Assembly: GCA_030390025.1 (NCBI GenBank)
Contig: CM059431.1
Span: 111,850,001 to 111,914,000 of the forward strand
DNA from: Squalus acanthias
Taxonomy: Eukaryota
Length of the DNA: 64,000 nucleotides
Direction of reading: 5' to 3'
A program made the translations under genes and the position numbers. The notes below the pieces were generated by a model. The model saw only the letters and a program-made list of their open reading frames with translations, ran no database searches and was not told where the DNA came from. Positions 1 to 11,017 of this stretch are shown here, in pieces; the stretch's first letter is position 1, and each line of letters opens with the position of its first letter.

Positions 1-579
1 AAAAACCACAGATTCACTTTTCCGCAAATATCCAATTCGATTATCTACTGCACCCAGATTTCACAATTTACCATTGCTAGGACAGTACCATAACCACTAG
101 GCTAGCATACCCGGTTCACTGATCACTGACAACTGGTGAACCACAATTTAAGCTGGGAGATTCAATTGAGTCGTGTAATCCTGGGACTCAGGTGACTGCC
201 GGATAGCATGACTCAAGTCACTGCTCAGTTTGAATTTGTAGGTGAGACATGGATGTGGCGTAGAGGTGCGAGAAAACTAGTGCTGAATTTTGCACTGTCG
301 TTGCCTCCACTGTGCAGGCAGAGACTGATCTGTATGAATACTAAAGTACATGGCTGTAAGTGTGAAATTAAGTCGGCAAAAGACTGAAAATAAAAAACAC
401 ATAGCACATAATGTAACAGATAGTTATAAACAGAAGTTTTCTGAAACTAGAACACAAAACAATGCAATATTCTCTTCAAACAAAAACAAGAATCCTCCAA
501 AGTAATTGTAACGTAGGATTTAAATCAAAACGTTGCAAAAGTGCAATGGATGATACAGGTACAACAAAAAGGATTATAC

Positions 580-743
580 AAAAGCAAAATGCTGCGGATG
601 CTGGAATCGGAAACAAAAACAGAAAATGCTGGAAACACTCAGCAGGTCAGGCAGCATCCGTGGAGAGAGAAACAGAGTCAACGTTTCAGGTCTGTGATGA
701 AGCTGCTGCCTGGCCTGCTGAGTGTTTCCAGCATTTGCTGTTG
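580..743 (-). mobile_element. Short Penelope-like terminal-repeat insertion with internal inversion
   Basis: Same sequence family as 42511-42613; 14-bp TSD aaaaaggattatac at 566-579 and 744-757. Confidence 0.8.
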
Positions 744-2612
744 AAAAAGGATTATACCACTGTCGAAGACAGGCATCGTGATTGAAACGAACCTTGTGTG
801 CCAGATGGACACCTAGCTCAGGAGACGTGGCAATTTTAGCAGTTGCCAAGTACATAGAAGGGAGTAGTAATACTGGCAGTAGCGCCTCATTTGACATCAC
901 AGCTAAGGGAAGACAAAGTCCTGGGTGCCCCACATAACCAAACATTTCAGAACATAAAGGAGAACCAGAATAGCAGAATAGCTTGTAACTTTTAAGTTTA
1001 ATAGTCAGCAATGGATAGAAAGAAGCACAGGCCAGGGGACGGAGATTATAATTGGGCAATCTGAATACAGCAGATCTGATCTTTCCACTGCTTCAAAAGC
1101 ATATACACGTTTGAGAAACTGGTGACTTTGCAACAACCCTATTAAGAGGCAGGATTATATGGGCCGCTGAAATGCCGTAACAATAACCAAGGCAGTCCAA
1201 AAGGGGGAGGTGGCGTACAACTCAAGCTCAAAGCTAAGCAGACAGGTTTATTTTCAACTATATTTTATAACAGAAGACTAAATCCCTCGGATTTCATCAT
1301 CACAGGTACAACACCAACATTTACTTTGTCTGCAGCAGTTTCAAAAAATATGATTTTTCCGCCCAGTGCAAGGCAGAGGCCACCTTCCGGAATTAAACAG
1401 GACCATGTGACATCCCCAGCAAGCACAACCTTTTTATGCTCAGCATTTTGGAGTCACTTGCTTCAACCTCCTGTGAACATCAATGAGCACTGAGGTGCAG
1501 CATTGACAGATTCCTGCACTAGTGGCGGGTATTTCCCCACCGCAGACAACTTTCAGCAGCAAACCCAGTGAAATACGGCCATAGAGATTGAATATCTGAA
1601 TGTGGCAACAGTATCCTGAAATCTGAAACCGCATTCAATTTGCATGAAACTGGCCCGCTTTGGTTATCACAGCAACAACTATTTGTCACTTTTTCTTTTT
1701 CCAAGGTTGAAGCGTCACTCAAAGATCAAAAAATTCCCCCCCCCCCCGATTTTATAGGTGCAAACTGTGTTATAATAAACCCAACACAAATGTATATGAG
1801 CCATCAATTAAATCCTTGCATCACCTGCCACCTGTTCATTTTGTCCTCAAGTAAGAGATACGAGGAATTGGAGCTTTGCATTACCAACTCAATCCAACCT
1901 CAACCAGTATGACTTATGAAACATGGGCCGATGAACTGCAGAGAAAAGCTCCTCCTTATGTCAACTTACTTACTTTCAACTTAAGAGCACGTGCATGATA
2001 TTATCATAGGAGTCGTCCTTGTGACTGATCCCTGAATAAAGCTGACAATTTAGTGCCAGTTAGTGATGGTTTTTATTGTGTGGACCAGCGCCCATCCAGA
2101 CTCATTTCACAAGACCCTGACAGCTGGCGTACTGAGGCGTTCATCCAAGGCGAGACCGATTCAAATTCACATCGGAGGTGAAACGAGGCTTCGAGCCCAT
2201 TGCACGAACCAGTGCCTCTTCTGTAACATTTCTACAAATGCGCTTCTTACTTTGCTCATTTTTAATGAGCTCCTCTATTTAATGCAGGTTCCAGCATTGC
2301 TTTTTCATAAACCTAGCTCCCGCCCTATTTGTCGTTCGAATTGCAAATGAGGGCGCCACTGAATTTCCTCAGGCAATGCATGCTAATGCTGCCTGCTCCT
2401 CCCAGAGTGCCTTCATTTTACAACAAAAGTACATTTACTATACAACAATTGGAAAATAATAGGTGGTGAAGGAGAAAATATGCGATCCAAATATATATAT
2501 CAAAACTGAGTGCAGTCATTTTCTTTTCTCTTGTGGAACGATCTCCTCCTTCTCTTCTGTGTAATGGAAGTAGAACCAGGGCTTGGAGAGGGGTTCAGAA
2601 CAGAAGCAAGCT

Positions 2613-2663
2613 TCACACCATTTCAAGGACAGCAGCCACTTCCCGGAACTGTTTGGAGAAATT
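2613..2663 (-). CDS. COMMD6: COMMD6 last coding exon (NFSKQFREVAAVLEMV*)
   Basis: Matches recalled human C-terminus NFYRQFKEIAAVIETV; acceptor tatctttacAG; TGA at 2615-2613. Confidence 0.96.
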   Translation of the reverse strand, partial: NFSKQFREVAAVLEMV

Positions 2664-3389
2664 CTGTAAAGATACAGAAATAAATTATTTTAAGGACAAT
2701 CCTACACAGGATCAGGTAAAGGATCTCGACTAACAAGTTCAGTTTGTCTAGTTTCAACTTGTTCGGTCAGTTTGTTTGCAGTGTTTAGTCATTCAGGGAG
2801 ACATCCACCACTTTAAGTGCTGACAAACTCTTATACAGAATTTACAGCACAGAAAGAGGCCATTCGGCCCAACTGGTCAATGCTGGTGTTTATGCTCCAC
2901 ACAAGCCTCCTCCCACCCTACTTCATCTAACTCTATGAACCAGATTCCTAACTTTATCTAACTTCCCCTTAACCTTTCCTCCAACACTTCTTCAATGCAC
3001 ACTGCTAGAACTCTGGGTAAAACCTCTCACATTTCACTAGCTCCACTCATTCAGTTTACTCTTTATGTTTGGAGGCTTGACATTAAGGAACAAAATGTGC
3101 AAAACTTCTGAATCCCTCGAACTTCGATTTCTAGGGTGACTGAGCTCCTCTTTTCTGCTTGCCGGAACAGTAAAGACATGCAGGGGTCTCAGTGAGTACA
3201 ACCTGCCATTAGTCTTTTATATTGTCTTTTTATTAAAGTTTTACAAGAGATGACTTCTTTGCCAGCAATACTGAATCCACATTCGCAACACTGCACCAAT
3301 ACCAGATTTGATTTCCCTTTCAAAAGAATAAAGAAGATCTTCATGCAATTTGCCTCTTTCTTTTACAAAATAAAAGTTGAGCTACTGAC

Positions 3390-3542
3390 CTGAAACTGAG
3401 GGATGGTCATTTCGAACGATCTGCTGATTATTTCTCCTGAGGGGTCGGCTACTTTCAGCATCATGGTTACATAGGGGTAGTTTAGAGACCTGCAGCTGTC
3501 GGAACTGACCGCCATTCCCAGCTTCCACTGCAAATCCACGAG
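3390..3542 (-). CDS. COMMD6: COMMD6 coding exon 6, COMM domain (LVDLQWKLGMAVSSDSCRSLNYPYVTMMLKVADPSGEIISRSFEMTIPQFQ)
   Basis: Closely matches recalled human COMMD6 LVDFQWKLGMAVSSDTCRSLKYPYV...FEMTIPQFQ; acceptor ctctttcctcaaAG and donor GTCAGT; 153 nt. Confidence 0.97.
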
Positions 3543-3809
3543 CTTTGAGGAAAGAGAGAAAATTAGGAAGCGTTACATATATGGAAGAGCTACAAATAGC
3601 CTTTTGCAAACACCGTGGAGTCTTAAATGTATTGGACTTCGATATATTGAAGATCTCGATATAACACAATTTAGGCTCCTCGTATTAAACCTGACTAACA
3701 CATAGAAGAAATTTTGTGGCTCAGTTCAACCATCTGCTCCTGCCCTCAGTCTCCCGCTGATACACCTGTACGGTACTTAAAACTAGCCAGACTCAGGAGT
3801 AACTGCCAT

Positions 3810-3900
3810 AACAACAGAAAACACTGGAAACACTCAGCAGGTCAGAGTTAACGTTTCAGGTCGATGACCTGCCATCGGAACTGGAAGAAGTTAGAGATTT
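3810..3900 (-). mobile_element. Penelope-like terminal-repeat fragment with degenerate hammerhead motif
   Basis: aacagaaaacactggaaacactcagcaggtcag...gttaacgtttcaggtcgatgacc, shared with the 42.5 kb and 61.3 kb copies. Confidence 0.75.
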
Positions 3901-3924
3901 AAACAGTAATTTTGATGCTGTCCC

Positions 3925-4265
3925 CCCAAACTCGCCAAGGCTTCTTCGGCAGCACCTCCCAAACCCGCGACCTGTTCCGCCTAGAAGGACAAGGGCAGCA
4001 GGTGCATGGGAGCACCACCACCTCCAAGTTCCCCTCCAAGTCACACACCATCCTGACTTGGAATTTTATCGCCATTCCTTCATCATCGCTGGGTCAAAAT
4101 CCTGGAACTCCCTCCCTAACAGCACTGTGGGAGCACCATCACCACACGGACTGCAGCGGTTCAAGAAGGCGGCTCACCACCACCTTCTCAAGGGCAATTA
4201 GGGATGGGCAATAAATGCTGGCCTTGCCAGAGATGCCCACATCCCATGAACGAATAAATAAAAAG
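3925..4265 (+). mobile_element. Non-LTR retrotransposon 3' end (family ending gggcaataaatgctggccttgccag...atgaataaa); further copies at ~19240-19550 (+), ~38090-38230 (-), ~40175-40620 (+)
   Basis: Near-identical dispersed copies encoding a LINE C-terminal ..WNSLP..F motif. Confidence 0.8.
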
Positions 4266-4482
4266 CAATGAAATGCCTTGCCCTCTCCTTCTGGGTGTAA
4301 CATAGTGGCGGCTGCTCTAACCTCCATGAAATGCAAAAACAAAGTATGGTGCGATACACATTTGAAGTAGCAAAATCAAGCCAAATATGACAAGACAATG
4401 GATGCAGACTTATCCAAGACACCGACTCACACTTAAGCTTCATAAGGGTTGCACATACTGGGTAAAATAACGACCATCTCAC

Positions 4483-4651
4483 CTGTCCTACTGTTAGCAT
4501 GTGCTTGGCGTCTTCTGGTGACACAATTAGCTTGCCCTGTTCATTCCACACATGACGAACAACTTGGAGCGCTTGCTTGGACCACTTACTGCTGCTATCG
4601 GTCAGCTTCCCAATGAGTTCTTCAGCTGACATATTACTCTGTGCAGCTGAC
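4483..4651 (-). CDS. COMMD6: COMMD6 coding exon 5 (SAAQSNMSAEELIGKLTDSSSKWSKQALQVVRHVWNEQGKLIVSPEDAKHMLTVGQ)
   Basis: Within ORF 4198..4719; acceptor ttctcttggcAG and donor GTGAG; 169 nt; contains the Trp typical of the end of the COMMD helical domain. Confidence 0.9.
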
Positions 4652-4834
4652 CTGCCAAGAGAAGGAAGCAGGAAAATTGGCAGGTGCTGCATATGTCCCC
4701 CTCCGAGCTCAATAGGCATTGTAAAAAAAAAAATTAAACACGGAGGTCAAAAAAGGCTATGGCCACTGACTTAAAAGTGTTCACACTAGATAATGCACAT
4801 ACATGTTAATGGTGAACAGCATTTTTCCCTAGTT

Positions 4835-5110
4835 TTATAAGATAGTCACTAATAAATCCAAAAGGGAATTCAGGGAAAAACCTCTTTACCCAGAGAGTGG
4901 TTAGAATGTGGAACTTGCTATCACAGGGAGTAGTTGAGGTGAATCGCATAGATGCATTTAAAGGGAACTATCGATAAGCATATAAGGGAGAAAGGAATCG
5001 AAGGATATGTTGATGGGGTGAGATGAAGAGGGGTGGGCGGAGGCTCGTGTGGAGCATAATCACCAGCATGGACCAGTTGGGCCAAAGAGCCTGTTTCTGT
5101 GCTGTAAACA
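4835..5110 (+). mobile_element. Old CR1 LINE 3' fragment
   Basis: tttacccagagagtggttagaatgtggaac (F-TQRVVRMWN) plus CR1-type 3' hairpin tail. Confidence 0.8.
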
Positions 5111-5314
5111 CTTTGTAGTACTTTTAAGAAAGAGGCATCAAAGCAGCCTGTAAAGTCACTTATTGCCACAATAAAAATCAATCACTTTTCACAGGTTTTT
5201 CCTACATAAAGAATCACCTTCTCACTGCTGGTGAATTCCCAGCCACAGTCTTCTGCAGTAGGAAGTAGGAGCTGGAACTGGCACCAGAGCTGGCGGTGGG
5301 AAGGGACAACACTT

Positions 5315-5890
5315 ATACAGGGCCTTGGTGAGACCACACCTGGAGTAGTGTGTGCAGTTTTGGTCTCCTTACCCAAGAAAGGATATACTTGCCATAGAGG
5401 GAGTGCAGCGAAGGTTCACCAGACTGATTCCTGGGATGGCAGGGCTGTCGTATGAGGAGAGATTGGGTCGACTAGGCCTGTATTCACTAGAGTTTAGAAG
5501 AATGAGAGGGGATCTCATTGAAACGTATAAAATTCTGACAGGGCTAGACAGACTGGATGCAGGGAGGATGTTTCCCCTGGCTGGGGGGGGTCTAGAACGA
5601 GGGGTCACAGTCTCAGGATACGGGGTAGGACATTTAGGACTGAGATGAGGAGAAATTTCTTCACTCAGAGGGTGGTGAACCTGTGGAATTCTCTACCTCA
5701 GAAGGCTGTGGAGGCCAAGTCACTGAATATATTTAGAAGGAGATAGATTTCTAGACGCAAAAGGCATCAAGGGGTATGGGGAGAGAGCGGGAATATGGTA
5801 TTGAGATAGAGATCAGCCATGATATTGAATGGCGGAGCAGGCTCGAAGGGCCAAATGGCCTACTCCTGCTCCTATTTTTCTATGTTTCTA
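5315..5890 (+). mobile_element. CR1 LINE 3' fragment; near-identical copy at ~30230-30765
   Basis: [28 protein letters not shown]...RGDLIETYKIL; (ttctatgt) tail. Confidence 0.95.
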
Positions 5891-7550
5891 AAAGGGAGAA
5901 CAACATGCAGCTGCACTAAAGGAGGAGGCACCTAAGGAGGGTGGAAAGAGCCAGTAGTGATGTTGCGTGCAAGCAGAGTGGACCGCAACAGGTGGAGGGC
6001 TGTAAATCGATCTAACATTACAGCTATTTTCTGCCCAGCTCATAGCCAATATATCCCAATCTCAAGTTAATATTTAGAACTGGGACCTTCTAGTCTACAT
6101 AGCTCAATTGCACACTTTACGTTTCCCAACTGATCTAGCGATTTTGTTGCGTTCCTTACTCCGACTCTTTGCTCAAAAGAACGAGAGACTTGAGGCCAGA
6201 TTTTGCTGGCGTGGGACATCTCGTGGTGTGCCCCGTTAGTTAGACTTGCTCGTGCACGTTTCAGGTTTTTAAATTGTTTTGGCCACAAAGTTGCTGAAAG
6301 TGCAAGCTGAAAGTGATGCAGCGAGGGCAACAGGGCATCTGGGACCTTGGTGAACAACGGGACAAACCAATGGCTTTAAAATGAGGGAATCCAGCAGAAT
6401 GGAGCTGCACCATTCTAACTGCTCCCCTGCTCCTTTCCCACCGATCGGGGAAGAGTTAACATTCCCCCCAATGTGTTGTACATTAACTATACTACATCTG
6501 TCCAGTTGCATCTATAAGTGCACGTTCATTCAACAGATACTTTCTAACAAATGTGTCCAGGCAGTCATAATCCAGTAACTCTCATCACTTCTCTGGCAGT
6601 TGGACTTCAAAACAGAATTCGACTTGTCTAATAAAATGCCTTTAAATAAAAAGAGCTGCCCTTTTCCATGGTCTAGATTAACTTCATTTGTCTCTAACCA
6701 AGTTTACAGACCAACCCCTTACACATCTTTGTTTTCATAATATTACATTTTATGTTTGACGCTTTCAATCAAATAACATTGATTCTAACACCATTTTTAC
6801 TTTCACATCTCTAAAACCAAAATTAAAAGCTCTCACAATACTGAATGATGATGATAGTAGAAAACTGAATGAATGTTCAAAATAACACTTGCTGCTGATC
6901 AACACACATTACTGTCTGGGCAATATTAAATGGAACCGTTCGGCAGGATATTTTGATTTGATCGGATTCAGACTGCAAAATAATTCTCAGCAGCAAAGCA
7001 AAACAAATTGCAAAGAAATGCCACTTCACAAATTAAAATGGCACAGCTGCAGTACTGCATTTTCAAAAGGTATAACTAACTGGGAGGATCTCAGTTTTAA
7101 TTTAAACACTGCAGCTTAGATAGGCCAGAAATTTTTTTCTGCTACTTTCCGAGGGAAGCAGATAATTTGTTTGCTCAGAATCTAAAAGTGATGGAGAACA
7201 GAATCAAATAGACGAGCCTAGGTTTGATCTGGAATCTGGGGGGAGTCAGAGTGATCTCAAGCCAGAGAGGCAGGTTCAATATAAATGATCTAGAATTTTT
7301 TTTTTTTAATATTAAACCATCAGTTTCTTGTGAACATTTTTTCAAGAATTGCAATAGCAACTTCTGATCATTCAACTAAATGAATAAGATACTCTGCGCA
7401 CTATTTTGAAAAGGTATGAAGCTAAAAGGTAGTTTAATGATAAAGTTTATAATCTGAACTTTTAAATGTGTCAAAGATTAATTTGAAAATTTGCATTATA
7501 TAAAAAAACACAGGATTTTGAAACTGCAGACATATTGCAATGCTTGCTAC

Positions 7551-7627
7551 CTGAAAAACAAGGAGATAACATGGACCAGCTCCTTCGTAGCTTCCAAATC
7601 CAGTTCAGCACCAGCAGTTTGAAGTCT
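7551..7627 (-). CDS. COMMD6: COMMD6 coding exon 4 (RLQTAGAELDLEATKELVHVISLFF+R)
   Basis: Acceptor taacAG and donor GTAGC; 77 nt, ends in phase 2, matching the 1-nt overhang of exon 5; amphipathic helical pattern. Confidence 0.85.
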
Positions 7628-7759
7628 CTGTTACATAAGGTTCAAACAAAACAATGAAGATAGTTGAACAGGTGCAAAGATCCAGTATCAAAATAAAACA
7701 AAGCAAGTAAAGGCTCAAAGCTGACATTTAAATTAAATTTCATGAATTCAACAACTTAC

Positions 7760-7825
7760 TTCAGCCAATTCAAGTGCATTCACACCAGGGGTTTTGCATT
7801 GCAGGTGTAACATGATTTGCTGGCA
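7760..7825 (-). CDS. COMMD6: COMMD6 coding exon 3 (CQQIMLHLQCKTPGVNALELAE)
   Basis: Acceptor ttcacaacAG and donor GTAAGT; 66 nt, phase 0/0, no stops. Confidence 0.85.
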
Positions 7826-8534
7826 CTGTTGTGAATTTAACAAACATATTACATACACCAAAAAAAAAATCAAGAATACACAAACTTACACAGATGAATA
7901 CAAAATTATTTGTTGTTGTCCATACTGCACTGAATATAGTCAATTGATCAATAGGTCCAAAAGTTAAATCCATTATAATTACTGCTGATTAAAAAAAGTT
8001 CATAGCTATTATTCATTTCTAAAATTTACATCTAATTTGTTTTCTCTTTCATTTAAATTCCTTTCATGACTACAATACTATTTTTAAAAAGTAACTCTTT
8101 AGCTGTTAGATCTGCAACCTCTTCCTAAAAATGTTTTCACCAAAAATGGATCAAATTCAGTTGAGGGATTTCCCTGTTGTGGAATTAACTTTGTTTCCAC
8201 CTTTGACACTTGAACTTAACTCAGCACTTTATTTACATACATCTGCATGCTTCCATACATCTGCATGCTTCCATTGGAAGAAATATCATTTTCTTAGTTA
8301 ATAGTGCATTATGGATTCAGTGGCGAAACTTTGGACAAGTTTACCACGAATACGTTCTGAAAGTCATGCACACATTTTGTTGATACAGGTAGATTTAACT
8401 AGCTATCAGCATCAGTATCCTCTACTTACAAAGTAAAGGATGGTCTTACAAGGCATTTCACCAGCACAACAAAACTCGCAACACCTCCTTCGTGACATCA
8501 AATTGTCATTTTAGCTCACAAATTAATACATAAC

Positions 8535-8677
8535 ATAACATAAGAAATAGAAGCAGGAGTAGGCCATTTGGCCCTTTGAGCCTGCTCCACCATTCAATAA
8601 GATCATGGCTGATCTTCTACCTCATCTCCACTTTCCTGCACTATCCCCATATCCCTTGGTTCCCTTAATATTCAAAA
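8535..8677 (-). mobile_element. CR1 3' tail fragment abutting the COMMD6 exon 2 donor
   Basis: cataagaaatagaagcaggagtaggccatttggccc...gatcatggctgatc is the reverse CR1 3'UTR. Confidence 0.85.
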
Positions 8678-8684
8678 TACTTAC

Positions 8685-8743
8685 CACCTCTGCAAACAAA
8701 TCTTGGGGTAATTTGCTAATGCTTTCAACAGAGTTGTCAAAAC
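8685..8743 (-). CDS. COMMD6: COMMD6 coding exon 2 ((G)FDNSVESISKLPQDLFAEV)
   Basis: Acceptor tttttcattacAG and donor GTAAGT; 59 nt; phases 1/0 keep the frame open. Confidence 0.85.
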
Positions 8744-8931
8744 CTGTAATGAAAAAGGATAAACTTTTTGAGCATTGCACTCCAGCAAAAATTGACCTGG
8801 CATTAATAGTACTGTCTGATATAAAGCTCTACTAGACTACACCTGGCATACCAAAGCAAGAGTGTAGCTGCAATAAATAGTCAACGAAAACGACTTCCTT
8901 TCGAATTTAAATTCGCTTTACAGTAATAACC

Positions 8932-9490
8932 ACTTGGCCTGGAGGGTGCTGTACAGAGCAGTCCTGTGCAATAAGGTTTTAAGTAGGTTCACGGACTCCC
9001 AAGCCGCCTGCCTTTTTTGCGGCCTGGAGGAGTCCGTGTTCCATGTTTATATGGAATGAGAGGTTGCAACCTCTCTTCCATTGCTTGAATGGGCTGCTCC
9101 TCGATTTTTGGCTGCACTTCAGTCCCACGCTCCTGATCTTTGGTCACCCGTTGCAGAGGGGAGCGGGCAGATCGGCAGACCTCCTCGTAGGACTGCTCCT
9201 GGCCAAAGTGGCCATCAACTGGTCCAGGCAGCGGGCGGTCGAGGGGATCGTTTGTCCTGAATGCCTGCCTCTCTTCCGCGGCCACGTTCACACCCGGGTG
9301 GCCCTGGAGATGGAGCACGCGGTGTCCGCCGGCACGCTCAAGGCCTTCTTCGATCGCTGCGCACCACAGCAACTGCAGTGCATCATCACCCACCAGGCCA
9401 ACCAAATTTCAATTTAATTTGTTAAGTTTCCTTTAATGTTTTAAGTTTAGTTACTGTTCATTTGTTTATGGGTTGCTCAAAAGAGCACAC
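8932..9490 (+). mobile_element. L1/Tx1-clade LINE, 3' fragment of ORF2
   Basis: Degenerate LAWRVL..A, CCHC-like C..C...ESVFHVYME, then LLLAKVAINWSRQ (ORF 9043..9417). Confidence 0.75.
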
Positions 9491-9618
9491 AATAACAACC
9501 AAGTTGCAGATCAAGAGGGTCGACAGCGTCAAACCAAAAAGCAGCAGAGGCACTGAGTGCATCGCTCTGCAGCAGTATCTGAAACGTATGCACTGCATTG
9601 CCCACAATTGACACTCAC

Positions 9619-9658
9619 CAGCCCAGCCCGCAGCCAGCTGCACCTCACAACCTGCCAT
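9619..9658 (-). CDS. COMMD6: COMM domain-containing protein 6, coding exon 1 (MAGCEVQLAAGWA+G)
   Basis: ATG at 9658-9656 next to a GC-rich promoter; donor GTGAGT follows; 40 nt, phase 1 matches the next exon. Confidence 0.8.
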
Positions 9659-10229
9659 AGCCAACGCAGCACTTCCGCCTGAGCCTGAGCCCCGCCCCTC
9701 TCATTGTCTCCGCCTTCCACTAGGAAAGTCACAAGGTTCCAATGGGCGGCGCGCGCCCCCTGCCGCCGGGAATCCCCGGGCTGGCGGCTCCCACTGATTG
9801 GCTGCTCGGACTTGGTGAAAGTCGCAAAATTCCATTGGGCGGCGCGCGCCGCCGGGATTCCCCGGGCTGGCGGCTCCCACTGATTGGCTGCTCGGACTTT
9901 CAACCCTGCCCTCTGACCGCACGCACCATCGCCTCTTCCAAGGGAGCTGCACATTTTTATGCCAAGTTTTGGATTCTTCCCAACGAGAAAACAAACCCCG
10001 CTATTTGCTTGTTTCTGATATCTTGTTGCTAGATTCTTGCCTGTGTCGTTGAAACGCTGAATCAAATGGTGCACTGCGTTTAATTTCCTGCTAGGTGTTT
10101 GCTTCCCCCCCCCTTTCCTCGCTGCAAGGATTGTATTCCAAAAGGTCAATTTTTGCAAGGCGGAAGAGTGGTTTGTGGGAAGAGGAGAAGCAGAAGCAGA
10201 GCAAAGGCCCTATCGAACTACACTAAGCA
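9659..10229. promoter_or_regulatory. Bidirectional CpG-rich promoter and 5'UTR region shared by COMMD6 and UCHL3
   Basis: Lies between divergent ATGs; ETS-like ACTTCCGCC at 9671, GC box near 9690, CCAAT boxes CTGATTGGCT at 9794 and 9880, kB-like GGGAATCCCC at 9768 and GGGATTCCCC at 9854. Confidence 0.85.
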
Positions 10230-10271
10230 ATGGACTGCCAGCGCTGGTTACCACTGGAAGCCAATCCCGAT
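10230..10271 (+). CDS. UCHL3: Ubiquitin C-terminal hydrolase L3, coding exon 1 (MDCQRWLPLEANPD)
   Basis: Matches recalled human MEGQRWLPLEANPE; 42 nt; donor GTATGC. Confidence 0.96.
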
Positions 10272-10386
10272 GTATGCATTTTGTTTTAAAAACTGAAGCT
10301 GTTGCATCTTTTAAATTAAACGCTGTAGATTGCATGTGCCAGTTCTCTTTCATGTTGATTGATGGATTCTTCTTTTATTTTTCTAG

Positions 10387-10398
10387 GTCATGAACCAG
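10387..10398 (+). CDS. UCHL3: UCHL3 exon 2, 12-nt microexon (VMNQ)
   Basis: Strong acceptor ttttattttttctAG and donor GTGAGT; corresponds to human VTNQ. Confidence 0.93.
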
Positions 10399-11017
10399 GT
10401 GAGTTACTGGGGCTGCAGAGGCTGCAAAGTGAGACCGTGGTGCTGCTCGACTCCTGGCAATCAGTTCTGGAGGACTTGCACTGCAGGCTTTTGTGTATTT
10501 GGTTTATTTCCCCTTCAATGCGTGATGGTGGGATTGTTGTTGTTGAATTCAATATCTAGCAAAATGGGCGTCATTTATTTAAAAAAAAGAACAGATTTTT
10601 GGTGTCTGGTTTACATTGCAGAAATTTCCACAAGCCCAGGTTTTGAGTGGGACTTTCTAGTCGATAAGTGGCATTTCTATTACAGGAAAACATTACCATT
10701 GTGGAAAATGCTGATACGTTCATTTCCCTTTTGCTCTGCTGTAGTAACAATGTTGCTTAGAAAGGGAGAATGTTGGTGTTTTCCACTTAGCAAATCTGTA
10801 CCGTAATTCAATGGAATGTTTACTGTTCAGTTAAGCCACTTATGATATTTGGTCAGATGTCAGATTATAGGGAACTGTCCTTCAGGAAAAAGTAACAAAC
10901 ATTAGCAGAGAGAGAAGCGCTGTATGTCATTTTTGTCACATGTAATATATTCTAATGTGACATTGTGCCTGGTAATGCAATTGAGAAAAGATTTGCCAAG
11001 TCTTTCATAAAGATGGT

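Noticed and set aside
2072..2077. AATAAA on the minus strand as the COMMD6 polyA signal
   Set aside because: Plausible, but one of several candidates and not testable without transcript data.
7175..7290. Possible extra COMMD6 exon
   Set aside because: The candidate acceptor is preceded by a poly-A run, not pyrimidines, and exons 4 and 5 already join in frame.
9529..10158. 209-aa minus-strand ORF across the promoter
   Set aside because: Product of GC-rich duplicated promoter sequence; the COMMD6 start I infer is at 9658 in another frame.
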